A stretch of DNA of 64,000 nucleotides, taken from Burkholderiaceae bacterium. GTDB taxonomy: Bacteria; Pseudomonadota; Gammaproteobacteria; Burkholderiales; Burkholderiaceae_E. Shown in pieces: positions 22,463 to 31,327 of the stretch. A program made the translations under genes and the position numbers. Within the stretch, counting starts at the first letter, position 1. Every line of letters begins with the position of its first letter. The notes beneath the pieces were generated by a model. That model was given only the letters and a program-made list of their open reading frames with translations. It did no database searches and was not told where the DNA came from. The stretch spans positions 30,316-94,315 of the forward strand of contig JBILTM010000001.1 in NCBI GenBank assembly GCA_044371545.1, written 5' to 3'.

Positions 22463-22912
22463 TCAGCGGTAGGGGTCGGCGATGCGGAAGCGGCGCAGCA
22501 CCTCGACCTCGCGCGCCTCCATCTCGCGCGCTTCGCGCTCGTCCTCATGGTCCAGCCCCTGCGCGTGCAGCACGCCGTGCACGACCAGGTGCGCGAGATG
22601 GTCGCGCGGCGTCTTGCGCTGCGCGCGCGCCTCGCGACGCACGACCGGCAGGCACACGACGATGTCGGCCTGCACCGGCCCGTCGGTCGCGGGCGCCTCG
22701 TCGTACGCGAAGGTCAGCACGTTGGTCGCGTAGTCCTTGCCTCGGTAGTCGCGGTTGAGCGCGCGGCCCTCGGCCGCGCCGACGAAGCGCAGCGCGAGCG
22801 CGGCGTCGCGCGTGAGCGCGGCGCGGGCCCAGCGGCGCAGCTGCGCGCGGTCGGCGGGGCAGTCTCCGGCGCCGGGCTCGAACTGGATCGACAGCGCGAG
22901 GCGCGGGGGCAC
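22463..22912 (-). CDS. ybeY: Endoribonuclease YbeY (rRNA maturation factor)
   Basis: NRDYRGKDYATNVLTF and HLVVHGVLHAQGLDHE zinc motif. The ORF extends to the ATG at 23017 (which would overlap ybeZ by 38 nt). The GTG at 22912 gives a typical 149-aa YbeY. Start uncertain. Confidence 0.85.
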   Translation of the reverse strand: MPPRLALSIQFEPGAGDCPADRAQLRRWARAALTRDAALALRFVGAAEGRALNRDYRGKDYATNVLTFAYDEAPATDGPVQADIVVCLPVVRREARAQRKTPRDHLAHLVVHGVLHAQGLDHEDEREAREMEAREVEVLRRFRIADPYR

Positions 22913-22979
22913 GGGCGGGGTCGGCGGCGAAGCGCGCCGGCGGGCCGGATCCGGGGCCGGGCGCGACGTCCGCGCCGGC

Positions 22980-24032
22980 TCAGCCCGGGTCGCGCGGCGC
23001 GTGGCGCTCGTAGGCATCGACGATGCGGGCGACCAGCGGGTGACGGACGACGTCGCTGCTGTCGAACTCGGTGAACGCGATGCCGCGCACCTCGCGCAGG
23101 ACGCGGCGCGCCTCGATCAGCCCCGAGGGCTGGCCGCGCGGCAGGTCCATCTGCGTCATGTCGCCGGTGACCACCGCGCGCGAGCCGAATCCGATCCGCG
23201 TGAGGAACATCTTCATCTGCTCGGGCGTGGTGTTCTGCGCCTCGTCGAGGATGATGAAGGCACCGTTCAGCGTGCGCCCGCGCATGTAGGCGAGCGGCGC
23301 GATCTCGATCGCCTGCCGCTCGAACATCTTGGCGACGCGCTCGAAGCCCATCAGGTCGTACAGCGCGTCGTACAGCGGGCGCAGGTACGGGTCGACCTTC
23401 TGCGCGAGGTCGCCGGGCAGGAAGCCGAGCCGCTCGCCGGCCTCGACCGCGGGCCGGGTCAGCACGATCTTCTTGATCGCGTCGCGCTCGAGCGCGTCGA
23501 CCGCGCAGGCCACCGCGAGGTAGGTCTTGCCGGTGCCGGCCGGGCCGATGCCGAAGGTGATGTCGTGAGACAGGATGTTGCGCAGGTACTCGCGCTGGCG
23601 AGGCGTGCGGCCCTGCAGGTCTGCGCGGCGGGTGTGGAGCACCGGCGCGTCGTCGGCCGGCGCCGCCTCGGCCGCGGGGGCGGCGTCCCGCGGGCCCGCG
23701 TCGCGCGATGCGGGACGGCGCTCGCCGGGCGTGCGCAGCTCGACCAGGCCGAGCTGGATGTCCTCGATCGACAGCGGCGCGTCGGCGCGACGGTAGAAGT
23801 GCTCGAGCGCGCGGACCGCGTGCTTCGACTGCGAGCCGGGGCCCTCGACCGAGAAGGTGTCGGCGCGACGCGCGATGCGCACGTCGTAGGCCTCCTCGAT
23901 CTGGCGCAGGTTGTCGTCGACCGCGCCGCACAGGTTCGCGAGACGGCGGTTGTCGGCCTCGGCGGGCCGGTACTGGAGGACGCTGCTCTTCAAGTGGGGA
24001 CGGTCCCGGGTGTCCCGCGAGTGTACCGGCAA
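22980..24032 (-). CDS. ybeZ: PhoH-like ATPase YbeZ
   Basis: GIGPAGTGKTYLAVACAV Walker A, IILDEAQNTT, TGDMTQMDLP motifs. Confidence 0.93.
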   Translation of the reverse strand: MPVHSRDTRDRPHLKSSVLQYRPAEADNRRLANLCGAVDDNLRQIEEAYDVRIARRADTFSVEGPGSQSKHAVRALEHFYRRADAPLSIEDIQLGLVELRTPGERRPASRDAGPRDAAPAAEAAPADDAPVLHTRRADLQGRTPRQREYLRNILSHDITFGIGPAGTGKTYLAVACAVDALERDAIKKIVLTRPAVEAGERLGFLPGDLAQKVDPYLRPLYDALYDLMGFERVAKMFERQAIEIAPLAYMRGRTLNGAFIILDEAQNTTPEQMKMFLTRIGFGSRAVVTGDMTQMDLPRGQPSGLIEARRVLREVRGIAFTEFDSSDVVRHPLVARIVDAYERHAPRDPG

Positions 24033-24045
24033 CCGCTGCGCGCCC

Positions 24046-26235
24046 TCACGGATTGCGACGCAGGATCCCGACCCCGTTGACGGCGGGGCCGCCGCCGGGG
24101 CCGGAGATCGTGTAGCCCAGGCCCATGCGGGCCGCCTCCGGACCGAGGAAGGCGCCCGAGACCGCGGCCCGGCAGCCGCCCGAAGGCGCGCAGCCGAGCG
24201 CGCCGGGCGCGTCCGCCTGCACCGCCAGGTTGCCGCGGAAGGCGTTCGGGGCGGTCATCGTCAGGTTCGAGGCGGCCGGGTCGGCGAGGCCGCCGGTCGT
24301 CGCGAAGCGGTAGCGCGTGTCATCGGCGAAGCGGACCGCGGCCTCCAGGCCGATGCGCGTGTCGCGGCCCGCGCCGAAACGCACGACCGCGTCGGCGTTG
24401 AAGCTGCCGGGCGCCGACGAGCCGTCGGAGAAGGTCGGCGAGGTCGCGCCGGCGAGCGAATAGCGTGCGGAGCCCTCGGTCGGCATCGTCAGCGTCGGGA
24501 TGCCGACCAGATAGTGCATCCCGTCGCCCGAGCGCTGTACGTGCGCGCTCTCGCGTCCGAGCACCGCGAGCCGGGCCGTGCCGTCGATCCAGCGGCCCCA
24601 GACGGCGATGCCGTCGCCGCCGACGTCGGCGGTGCCCGCCTTGCCGCGCGACAGGCACAGCACCCCGGGGCACAACCCGACCGAAACGAGCTTCGCGCCG
24701 TCGAGCGCGACGCGCGCCGACGAGGTCGCGAGCACGGCGGTGTCGATCACCGGCGCCTGACGCAGGTGGACGTACAGCAGGCTCGCGTCGAGCGCGATCG
24801 GGCCGGTCTGGCTGGGGACGGGGAGGGAGGGGGAGGTGGGGAAGCCCGCCGAGGAGCCGGAGGAACCGGACGAAGCGGACGAACCGGACGAACCGGACGA
24901 ACCGGACGAAGCGGACGAACCGGACGCTACCGAAGAGCCCGAAGAGCCCGAGGCACCTGAATTTCCCGAAGACCCGCTCGTCCCCGAATTGCCGGTGCCC
25001 GTCGGGCCCGACGACGCCGTCGGCGCGGGGGAGTCCGTCCCGCTCGGACCCGCGCTGCCGCCGGTCCGGGCAGGGGCCGCGGTCCCCGCCGTGCTGCCCG
25101 CACCCGTGCCCGCGGCGCCGCCCGTCGCGACACCGCTGCTGTCCTGCGGACCCGCACTGCCCGCCAGCGCGAGCGTCGCGAGCGTCGGCGCCCCGTCCGC
25201 GTCGCGCTGCGCGCTCGGCGCGATCGCCGCCGCCGTCGGCCCCGTTCCCGTGCCCACGGGCAGCGCGGTCACGCCCGACGGCTCGTCGTCGACGCGGCCC
25301 GCGCCCGCCGAGCGCGCCGGCGCATCGCTGCCGTCGGTGCGCCCGTCGTCGTCCTTCGCGAGGGTCGGCGCCTCGGCGGGCGCGCGGCCGGCGCTCGTCG
25401 CCCGGCGCGTGCCGCCGGCGAGCGTGCCCGTGGCAGCCGGCGCGCCCGCCGTGGCGAGCGTCGCGGCCTGCGCCGACAGCACCGCGAAGCGCGCCCCCGC
25501 GCTCGCGCCGGCGTCCGCGTCGACGCGCCCCGCGCGTGCGATCGCATCGGCGACGGTGCCGCTGCTCCCGGGCATCGTCGACGACAGCACCGGCCGCTCC
25601 GTGGTCGGCGCCGCGGGCCGGTCGGCCGAGGGCGCATGCACCGTCCTGCCGGCGTCGACCTCGACCGTACCGCCGCGCGTGGTCACCGCGACCCGGCCCT
25701 GCGACACCATCACGCGTGTCCCGGCGCTGCGTCCCGGTCGGCATTGCGGATCGCACGCGGTCTCCTCGACGACGAACTCGGTGCCGCGCACCCCGACCGT
25801 CGCCGTCGGCGTGATCAGCTTGTAGTCCTCGTGCCGGCGCTTGCCGATCGCACCGGTCACCGTGCGCAGCGTGCCCCGCGTCAGCAGGTAGACCGCGCGC
25901 TGCGCGTCGCCCTCGAAGCGGTAGGCGTCGATCGTGAAGCGCGAGCCCGGCTGCAGCGATACGACCGAGCCGTCACTGAAGCGCATCTGGACGCGGCCGT
26001 CCGAACCGGTCTCGATGCGGTCGCCCGCCGAGACCGCGTCGCCGGTGATCGGGCGCCGCGTCGCGTCGCCGGCGGGTCCGGGCCGCACGACGACGACGTC
26101 GCCGGCGACGAGCCACAGCCGGGCGTCCTGGGCGAGCGCGGGTGCGGCGCACGCGAGCGCGACGGCAGCCGACGCCGCGCGCAGCGCCGTCGCCAGCCGC
26201 CGGAGCAGGCCGGCGCGGCAGCGTGTGCGGCGCAT
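24046..26235 (-). CDS. Secreted/surface protein with an N-terminal FecR domain, a ~300-aa disordered Ala/Gly/Ser/Thr linker and a C-terminal TbpB-like beta-barrel domain; candidate T11SS (Slam) cargo
   Basis: The ORF 24046..27042 was trimmed to the ATG at 26235 (MRRTRCRAGLLRRLATALRAASAAVALACAAPALAQD signal peptide). FecR-like GDRIETGSDGRVQMRFSDGSVVSLQPGSRFTID...VGVRGTEFVV. C-terminus WGRW...HYLVGIPT..MPTEGSARYSLAGAT...FNADAVVRFG...FRGNLAV...VSGAFLGPEAARMGLGYTI matches the TbpB/fHbp-type barrel pattern. The start lies 2 nt after the stop of the Slam-like gene. Confidence 0.7.
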   Translation of the reverse strand: MRRTRCRAGLLRRLATALRAASAAVALACAAPALAQDARLWLVAGDVVVVRPGPAGDATRRPITGDAVSAGDRIETGSDGRVQMRFSDGSVVSLQPGSRFTIDAYRFEGDAQRAVYLLTRGTLRTVTGAIGKRRHEDYKLITPTATVGVRGTEFVVEETACDPQCRPGRSAGTRVMVSQGRVAVTTRGGTVEVDAGRTVHAPSADRPAAPTTERPVLSSTMPGSSGTVADAIARAGRVDADAGASAGARFAVLSAQAATLATAGAPAATGTLAGGTRRATSAGRAPAEAPTLAKDDDGRTDGSDAPARSAGAGRVDDEPSGVTALPVGTGTGPTAAAIAPSAQRDADGAPTLATLALAGSAGPQDSSGVATGGAAGTGAGSTAGTAAPARTGGSAGPSGTDSPAPTASSGPTGTGNSGTSGSSGNSGASGSSGSSVASGSSASSGSSGSSGSSASSGSSGSSAGFPTSPSLPVPSQTGPIALDASLLYVHLRQAPVIDTAVLATSSARVALDGAKLVSVGLCPGVLCLSRGKAGTADVGGDGIAVWGRWIDGTARLAVLGRESAHVQRSGDGMHYLVGIPTLTMPTEGSARYSLAGATSPTFSDGSSAPGSFNADAVVRFGAGRDTRIGLEAAVRFADDTRYRFATTGGLADPAASNLTMTAPNAFRGNLAVQADAPGALGCAPSGGCRAAVSGAFLGPEAARMGLGYTISGPGGGPAVNGVGILRRNP
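24845..24960. repeat. In-frame 9-bp tandem repeat tract (core CGAACCGGA/CGAAGCGGA units) encoding (Ser-Ser-Gly)n in the cargo linker
   Basis: Read directly: ...ggaaccgga cgaagcgga cgaaccgga cgaaccgga cgaaccgga cgaagcgga cgaaccgga cgctaccga agagcccga agagcccga... The minus-strand translation is SGSSGNSGASGSSGSSVASGSSASSGSSGSSGSSASSGSSGSS. Confidence 0.85.
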
Positions 26236-26237
26236 GC

Positions 26238-27611
26238 TCAGAACCGGTAGCGGGCGTAGACGAAGGCCTGCGTGCGGCGGAAGTCGTTCGGCGCGAGCGT
26301 CGACGCGCTGTGCGTCCACGCGAGGCCCGGCATCAGCGTCAGCGATCGGCCGACGTCGTGCTCGAGGCCGATCCGCAGGTCGTGCTGATGGTCCAAGCGC
26401 ACGACGCCGAACAGCGGCTCGATCGCGTCGAACGTGCGTCGCTCGAACGACCAGCCCGCGTTCGCGCGCCAGCCCGGCGCCAGCGTCGCGCCGAGCGCGG
26501 TGCGCAGGCCGACGAAGCCGAACGACAGCTGCGGCAGGTCGGCGTGCACGGTCTCGTCGCCGCCGTGCAGCGCCGCGGCGAACGTCGGGGCGCGAGGGCC
26601 GCCCCAGCCGTGCGCGAGCGTCAGGCCCGCGGCGATGCGTCGCGCGTCGCGCACCGGCTGGTCGGGGAAGGTCAGGTCGAACGCCTGCGCGTAGGCGCCG
26701 AGCTGCGTGCGCGGCCCGCTGTCCCACTGCCACTGGGCGATCGCGCCGGCCGCGTCGCGGAACGCCGTGCCGTCGAGTCGCAGGTGCTGGTACTGCAGGC
26801 TCATGGAGTATCGATGCGCTCCGAACGCGGACGACAGGCCGGCGGACGCCTCCGCCGAACCGGTATCGATATTGTGCTGGCTCGCATTCGTGCGTTGGGC
26901 GATCTGAAGACCGGTAGTCCAGTCGAGCCAACCGTTGATCGGTGCGACGTACGTGATGCCCGCGGACAGCGCCGCGAACGCGCTCTCGCGCGGCCGGCTC
27001 GCGGGCAGCGGCACCAGCGCCTGCCCGTCCGACAGCACCCACTCGCCGAAGGAGCTGCCGAAGTTGACGTTGCTGTCCCAGCCCGCGCCGGCCTCGAGCA
27101 GCACGATCCAGCGCGGCGTGCGACCGTCGCCGAGCCGCGCGACGGTGTCGAGGTAGCGCTGCACCGTGTCGCGCACAGCGGGTGGCAGCTCGCCGCGCGC
27201 GACCGCCTCGAGCTCGCGGCGCGCGGCCTCGAGCTCGCGCAGCTGCAGGTGCGCGCGGCCGATCTCCGCACGTGCGGGCAGGTTCGACGGGTCGGCGGCG
27301 AGCACGCGCTCGAGCGCGAGCACCGCGATGCCGGGCCGGCCGGAGTCGAGCGCCGCGAGGCCGAGCAGGTAGTCGAAGTCGGGCGCGCCGGCGAAGCGCA
27401 CGGCCTGCGCGTCGAGCAGCCGGAACGCGTCGTCGGGCCGCTTCGCGTCGAGCGCGGCGCGCGCGTCGGCGAGCAGCCGCGACAGCACCGCGGCGTCGGA
27501 CGTCGCCGCCGGCGACTGCGCGCCGCCCGGCACGACCGCGCCGGGCGCGAGGACCGTCAGTGCGAGCGCCACGGCGAACGCACGCACGGCGAGCGCGGCC
27601 GCTCGCGGCAT
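26238..27611 (-). CDS. Outer-membrane TPR + beta-barrel protein, Slam/DUF560-like (type XI secretion system component)
   Basis: The ORF 26238..27677 was trimmed to the ATG at 27611 (signal peptide MPRAAALAVRAFAVALALTVLAPGAVVPGGAQS). TPR-like helices (DFDYLLGLAALDSGRPGIAVLALERVLAADPSNLPARAEIGRAHLQL), then GAGWDSNVN and alternating beta-strand sequence. The C-terminus ends in the OMP beta-signal ...FVYARYRF. 457 aa, similar in size and layout to Neisseria Slam. No HMM was run. Confidence 0.62.
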   Translation of the reverse strand: MPRAAALAVRAFAVALALTVLAPGAVVPGGAQSPAATSDAAVLSRLLADARAALDAKRPDDAFRLLDAQAVRFAGAPDFDYLLGLAALDSGRPGIAVLALERVLAADPSNLPARAEIGRAHLQLRELEAARRELEAVARGELPPAVRDTVQRYLDTVARLGDGRTPRWIVLLEAGAGWDSNVNFGSSFGEWVLSDGQALVPLPASRPRESAFAALSAGITYVAPINGWLDWTTGLQIAQRTNASQHNIDTGSAEASAGLSSAFGAHRYSMSLQYQHLRLDGTAFRDAAGAIAQWQWDSGPRTQLGAYAQAFDLTFPDQPVRDARRIAAGLTLAHGWGGPRAPTFAAALHGGDETVHADLPQLSFGFVGLRTALGATLAPGWRANAGWSFERRTFDAIEPLFGVVRLDHQHDLRIGLEHDVGRSLTLMPGLAWTHSASTLAPNDFRRTQAFVYARYRF

Positions 27612-27669
27612 CGAAAGCAGGGTCTCGACGTCCCGCGTCGCCGGGGTTCCGCGCGCGCTGGCGCGGGGC

Positions 27670-29010
27670 TCAGTCACGGATCGGGAGTTCGCCGCGCAAC
27701 GAGTGCGGCAGCGCCGAGGTGATGGCGAGATCGACCAGGTGCCCGACCAGGCGCGGCGCGCCGGCGAAGTTGACGACCCGGTTGTTCTCGGTGCGCCCCG
27801 AGAGCTCGTTCGGGTCCTTGCGCGACGGGCCCTCGACCAGCACGCGCTGTGTCGTGCCGACCATCGCCTCGGAGATCCGCCGCGCGTGCCCGTCGGTCGC
27901 GGCCTGCAGCCGCTGCAGCCGCGCGAGCTTGGTCGCCTGCGGCGTGTCGTCGGCGAGGTCCGCCGCCGGCGTGCCGGGGCGCGGGCTGTAGACGAACGAG
28001 AACGAGCCGTCGAAGCCGACGTCCTCGATCAGCGCCATCGTGCGCTGGAAGTCCTGCTCGGTCTCGCCGGGGAAGCCGACGATGAAGTCCGAGGTGATCG
28101 AGACGTCCGGCCGCGCGGCGCGAAGCCTGCGGATGATCGACTTGTACTCGAGCACGGTGTAGCCGCGCTTCATCGCCGCGAGCACGCGGTCCGAACCCGA
28201 CTGCACCGGCAGGTGCACGTGCGCGGCGAGCTTCGCGATCGTGCCGTGCGCGTCGACGAGCCGCTGAGAGAACTCGCGCGGATGCGACGTGGTGTAGCGG
28301 ATGCGCTCGATGCCGGGCATCTCGGCGACGTAGTCGAGCAGCATCGCGAAGTCGGCGCGCTCCTCGCCCGCGCCGGTCGCGCCGAGGTAGGCGTTGACGT
28401 TCTGCCCGAGCAGCGTCACCTCGCGCACGCCCTGCTCGGCGAGCCCCGCGACCTCGGTCAGCACGTCCTCGAACGGGCGCGAGACTTCCTCGCCGCGCGT
28501 GTAGGGCACCACGCAGAAGCTGCAGTACTTGCTGCACCCCTCCATGATCGACACGAACGCGCTCGCGCCCTCGACGCGGGCCGGCGGCAGGTGGTCGAAC
28601 TTCTCGATCTCGGGGAAGCTGATGTCGACCTGCGGCCGGCCGGTGCGCCTGCGCGCTGCGATCAGCTGAGGCAGTCGGTGCAGCGTCTGCGGCCCGAACA
28701 CCACGTCGACGTACGGTGCGCGGCTGACGATGTTCGCGCCCTCCTGGCTCGCGACGCAGCCGCCCACGCCGATCACCATGTCCGGGCGCTCGCGCTTGAG
28801 CGCGCGCAGCCGGCCGAGGTCGGAGAACACCTTCTCCTGCGCCTTCTCGCGCACCGAGCAGGTGTTGAACAGCACGATGTCGGCCTGGGCGGGATCGTCG
28901 GTCGCCTCGACGCCGTCGGCCTGTGCCTGGCCGAGCACGTCGGCCATCTTGGCCGAGTCGTACTCGTTCATCTGGCAGCCGAACGTGCGGATGTAGAGCT
29001 TCACGGGCAT
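27670..29010 (-). CDS. miaB: tRNA-2-methylthio-N6-dimethylallyladenosine synthase MiaB
   Basis: The ORF 27670..29082 was trimmed to the ATG at 29010 ([19 protein letters not shown]...). Radical-SAM CSKYCSFC motif and TRAM domain. Confidence 0.96.
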   Translation of the reverse strand: MPVKLYIRTFGCQMNEYDSAKMADVLGQAQADGVEATDDPAQADIVLFNTCSVREKAQEKVFSDLGRLRALKRERPDMVIGVGGCVASQEGANIVSRAPYVDVVFGPQTLHRLPQLIAARRRTGRPQVDISFPEIEKFDHLPPARVEGASAFVSIMEGCSKYCSFCVVPYTRGEEVSRPFEDVLTEVAGLAEQGVREVTLLGQNVNAYLGATGAGEERADFAMLLDYVAEMPGIERIRYTTSHPREFSQRLVDAHGTIAKLAAHVHLPVQSGSDRVLAAMKRGYTVLEYKSIIRRLRAARPDVSITSDFIVGFPGETEQDFQRTMALIEDVGFDGSFSFVYSPRPGTPAADLADDTPQATKLARLQRLQAATDGHARRISEAMVGTTQRVLVEGPSRKDPNELSGRTENNRVVNFAGAPRLVGHLVDLAITSALPHSLRGELPIRD

Positions 29011-29024
29011 GGGGCGGCTCCGGC

Positions 29025-29405
29025 TCAGCGCTGCTGGGCGGCGCGTCGCGCGGCCGCGATCCGGGCCGAGATCGTGCGCCACTCCTCGTCGGTCACCAGC
29101 CAGACCTGGACGACCTCGCCGAGGCTGCCGCGCTGGTAGGCGACGCGCCGCTCGCCCTCGACGGTCGACGGCGGCCGGATGATGTTCGACTCGTCGCGGA
29201 TCCGCGTGCCCGGGCCGAGCAGCACCGGCTTGCCGTCGATCGTCGCCTCGGGGAACACGCCGATGCGCAGCCGACCGAGCTCGACGCCTTCGGGGATCGC
29301 GCGCTGCAGCGGCATCTGCTGCGCGAGCGCCGGCGCGCCCGCGACCGCGGCGAGGGCCAGGGCGGCGCAGACGAGGCGCGGACGGAGGCGGGCGGGCAGG
29401 TGCAT
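29025..29405 (-). CDS. Hypothetical secreted protein (signal peptide, 126 aa)
   Basis: [30 protein letters not shown] signal peptide. Lies 14 nt upstream of miaB on the same strand. I do not recognise a family. Confidence 0.45.
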   Translation of the reverse strand: MHLPARLRPRLVCAALALAAVAGAPALAQQMPLQRAIPEGVELGRLRIGVFPEATIDGKPVLLGPGTRIRDESNIIRPPSTVEGERRVAYQRGSLGEVVQVWLVTDEEWRTISARIAAARRAAQQR

Positions 29406-29476
29406 GGTGCGGCGGATGATACCGCGCTGGCCTGCGGCCCCCGCGCCGGACGGCGGACCGCGGGTCGCGCCGGTCG

Positions 29477-29507
29477 GCCGAGGCGCCGCGCCCCGGGCCG
29501 CCTCGGC
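29477..29507 (-). terminator. GC hairpin (9-bp stem GCCGAGGCG/CGCCTCGGC) immediately downstream of the leuA stop; possible terminator, no U-tract
   Basis: Inverted repeat read directly, ending 1-2 nt from the leuA stop codon (29509..29511). Confidence 0.3.
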
Positions 29508-29508
29508 G

Positions 29509-31194
29509 TCAGGCCGCGCGCCGCGCCTGCGTGGCCCCGGCCGGCACGAGGCCGAGCCGGTTCGCCGCGCAGATCACCGCGCGCAGCGATGCGACGACGA
29601 TGCTGCGGTCGATGCCGACGCCGAAGCGCGTGCCGACCACGCCGTCGCCCGCCGCCTCGATGAACGCGACCGCGCGCGCGTCCGAGCCCGCATCGATCGA
29701 GCGCTCCTCGTAGGCGTCGATCCGCAGCGGCAGCCCGAGCGCACGCACCGCGGCGTCGATCGGACCGTTGCCTTCGCCGCGCAGCGTGCGCCGCTCGCCG
29801 TCGACCGACACGTCGAGCTCGACCTCGTGGCCGCGGTCGCTGCCGCTCATCCGATGCGCGATCAGCCGGATCCGCGCGTCGTCGCGCAGGTAGGCGTCCG
29901 AGAACAGCGTCCACAGGTCGTCGGCGGTCACCTCGGTGCCGTGCGCGTCGGTGTGCCGCTGCACGATCGCGCTGAACTCGACCTGCAACCGGCGCGGCAT
30001 CACCATCCCGTGGTGGCGCTCGAGCAGGAACGCGATGCCGCCCTTGCCCGACTGGCTGTTGACCCGGATCACCGACTCGTAGCTGCGGCCGACGTCGGCC
30101 GGGTCGATCGGCAGGTAGGGCACCTCCCACGGCGCGTCCGGGCGCTGTGCGGCGAAGCCCTTCTTGATCGCGTCCTGGTGCGAGCCCGAGAACGCGGTGA
30201 ACACCAGGTCGCCGACGTACGGGTGGCGCGGATGGATCGGCAGCTGGTTGCACTGCTCGACGGTACGGGCCACCGCGTTGATGTCGGAGAAGTCGAGCTC
30301 CGGGTCCACGCCCTGCGAATAGAGGTTCAGCGCGAGCGTGACGAGGTCCACGTTGCCGGTGCGCTCGCCGTTGCCGAAGAGGCAGCCCTCGATGCGCTGC
30401 GCCCCCGCCATCACCGACAGCTCGGCCGCGGCCACCGCGGTGCCCCGGTCGTTGTGCGGGTGGACCGAGATCACCGCCGCCTCGCGGTTCGGCAGGTTGC
30501 GATGCATCCACTCGATCTGGTCGGCGTAGACGTTCGGCGTCGCGCACTCGACGGTCGCCGGCAGGTTCAGGATCACCGGCCGCTCGGGCGTCGCGCCCCA
30601 GGCGTGCATCACCGCCGCGCAGACGTCGCGCGCGAACGGCAGCTCGGTCGAGGAGAACACCTCCGGGCTGTACTCGAAGCCCCACACGGTACCGGGCCGC
30701 GCGTCGAGCTGCGCGCGCACGAATCGCGTCATCCGCACCGCGAGGTCGAGCACCTCGTCCTGGCTCAGGCCGAACACCACGCGGCGGAACACCGGGGCGG
30801 TCGCGTTGTAGAGGTGCACGGTCGCGCGCTTCGCGCCGGCGAGCGAGTCGATCGAGCGCGCGATCAGGTCCTCGCGCGCCTGCGTGAGCACGCTGATCGT
30901 CACGTCGTCGGGCACGAGACCCGTCTCGATCACGTGCCGCACGAAATCGAAGTCGGTCTGCGACGCGGCCGGGAAGCCGACCTCGATCTCCTTCACGCCG
31001 ATCTTCACCAGCGTCTCGAACATCCGCAGCTTGCGCGTCGTGTCCATCGGCTCGAACAGCGCCTGGTTGCCGTCGCGCAGGTCGGTGGACAGCCAGCGCG
31101 GCGCGCGGTCGATGGTGCGCGACGGCCAGCGGCGATCGGGCAGGTCGATGGTCGGGAACGGTCGGTACTTTCCGGCGGCGGGCTTCGTGATCAT
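29509..31194 (-). CDS. leuA: 2-isopropylmalate synthase (long LeuA type)
   Basis: 561 aa. [29 protein letters not shown]-terminal regulatory domain. Confidence 0.95.
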   Translation of the reverse strand: MITKPAAGKYRPFPTIDLPDRRWPSRTIDRAPRWLSTDLRDGNQALFEPMDTTRKLRMFETLVKIGVKEIEVGFPAASQTDFDFVRHVIETGLVPDDVTISVLTQAREDLIARSIDSLAGAKRATVHLYNATAPVFRRVVFGLSQDEVLDLAVRMTRFVRAQLDARPGTVWGFEYSPEVFSSTELPFARDVCAAVMHAWGATPERPVILNLPATVECATPNVYADQIEWMHRNLPNREAAVISVHPHNDRGTAVAAAELSVMAGAQRIEGCLFGNGERTGNVDLVTLALNLYSQGVDPELDFSDINAVARTVEQCNQLPIHPRHPYVGDLVFTAFSGSHQDAIKKGFAAQRPDAPWEVPYLPIDPADVGRSYESVIRVNSQSGKGGIAFLLERHHGMVMPRRLQVEFSAIVQRHTDAHGTEVTADDLWTLFSDAYLRDDARIRLIAHRMSGSDRGHEVELDVSVDGERRTLRGEGNGPIDAAVRALGLPLRIDAYEERSIDAGSDARAVAFIEAAGDGVVGTRFGVGIDRSIVVASLRAVICAANRLGLVPAGATQARRAA

Positions 31195-31327
31195 CGGTCG
31201 GGCTCCAAGGGGTCGGTGGACGACCGGAGCGTGGGGGCAGGAGAAGCGTCGGCGGGTGCGCGCAGCCTCCCGTGGCCCCGAGCTTCGGTCGGGGTACGGG
31301 TGGGCCGGGGAGGCGTGCTGGACTGGC

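Noticed and set aside
24845-24960. Short tandem repeats considered as a CRISPR array or mobile-element remnant
   Set aside because: The units are 9 bp, contiguous, without spacers, and lie in frame inside a coding region. This is a coding microsatellite, not a CRISPR array.
24046-27611. The Slam-cargo insertion considered as a recently acquired genomic island
   Set aside because: No integrase, transposase, tRNA or flanking direct repeats are visible. By eye, GC content and codon style match the flanks. It is an insertion relative to canonical synteny but not demonstrably mobile.
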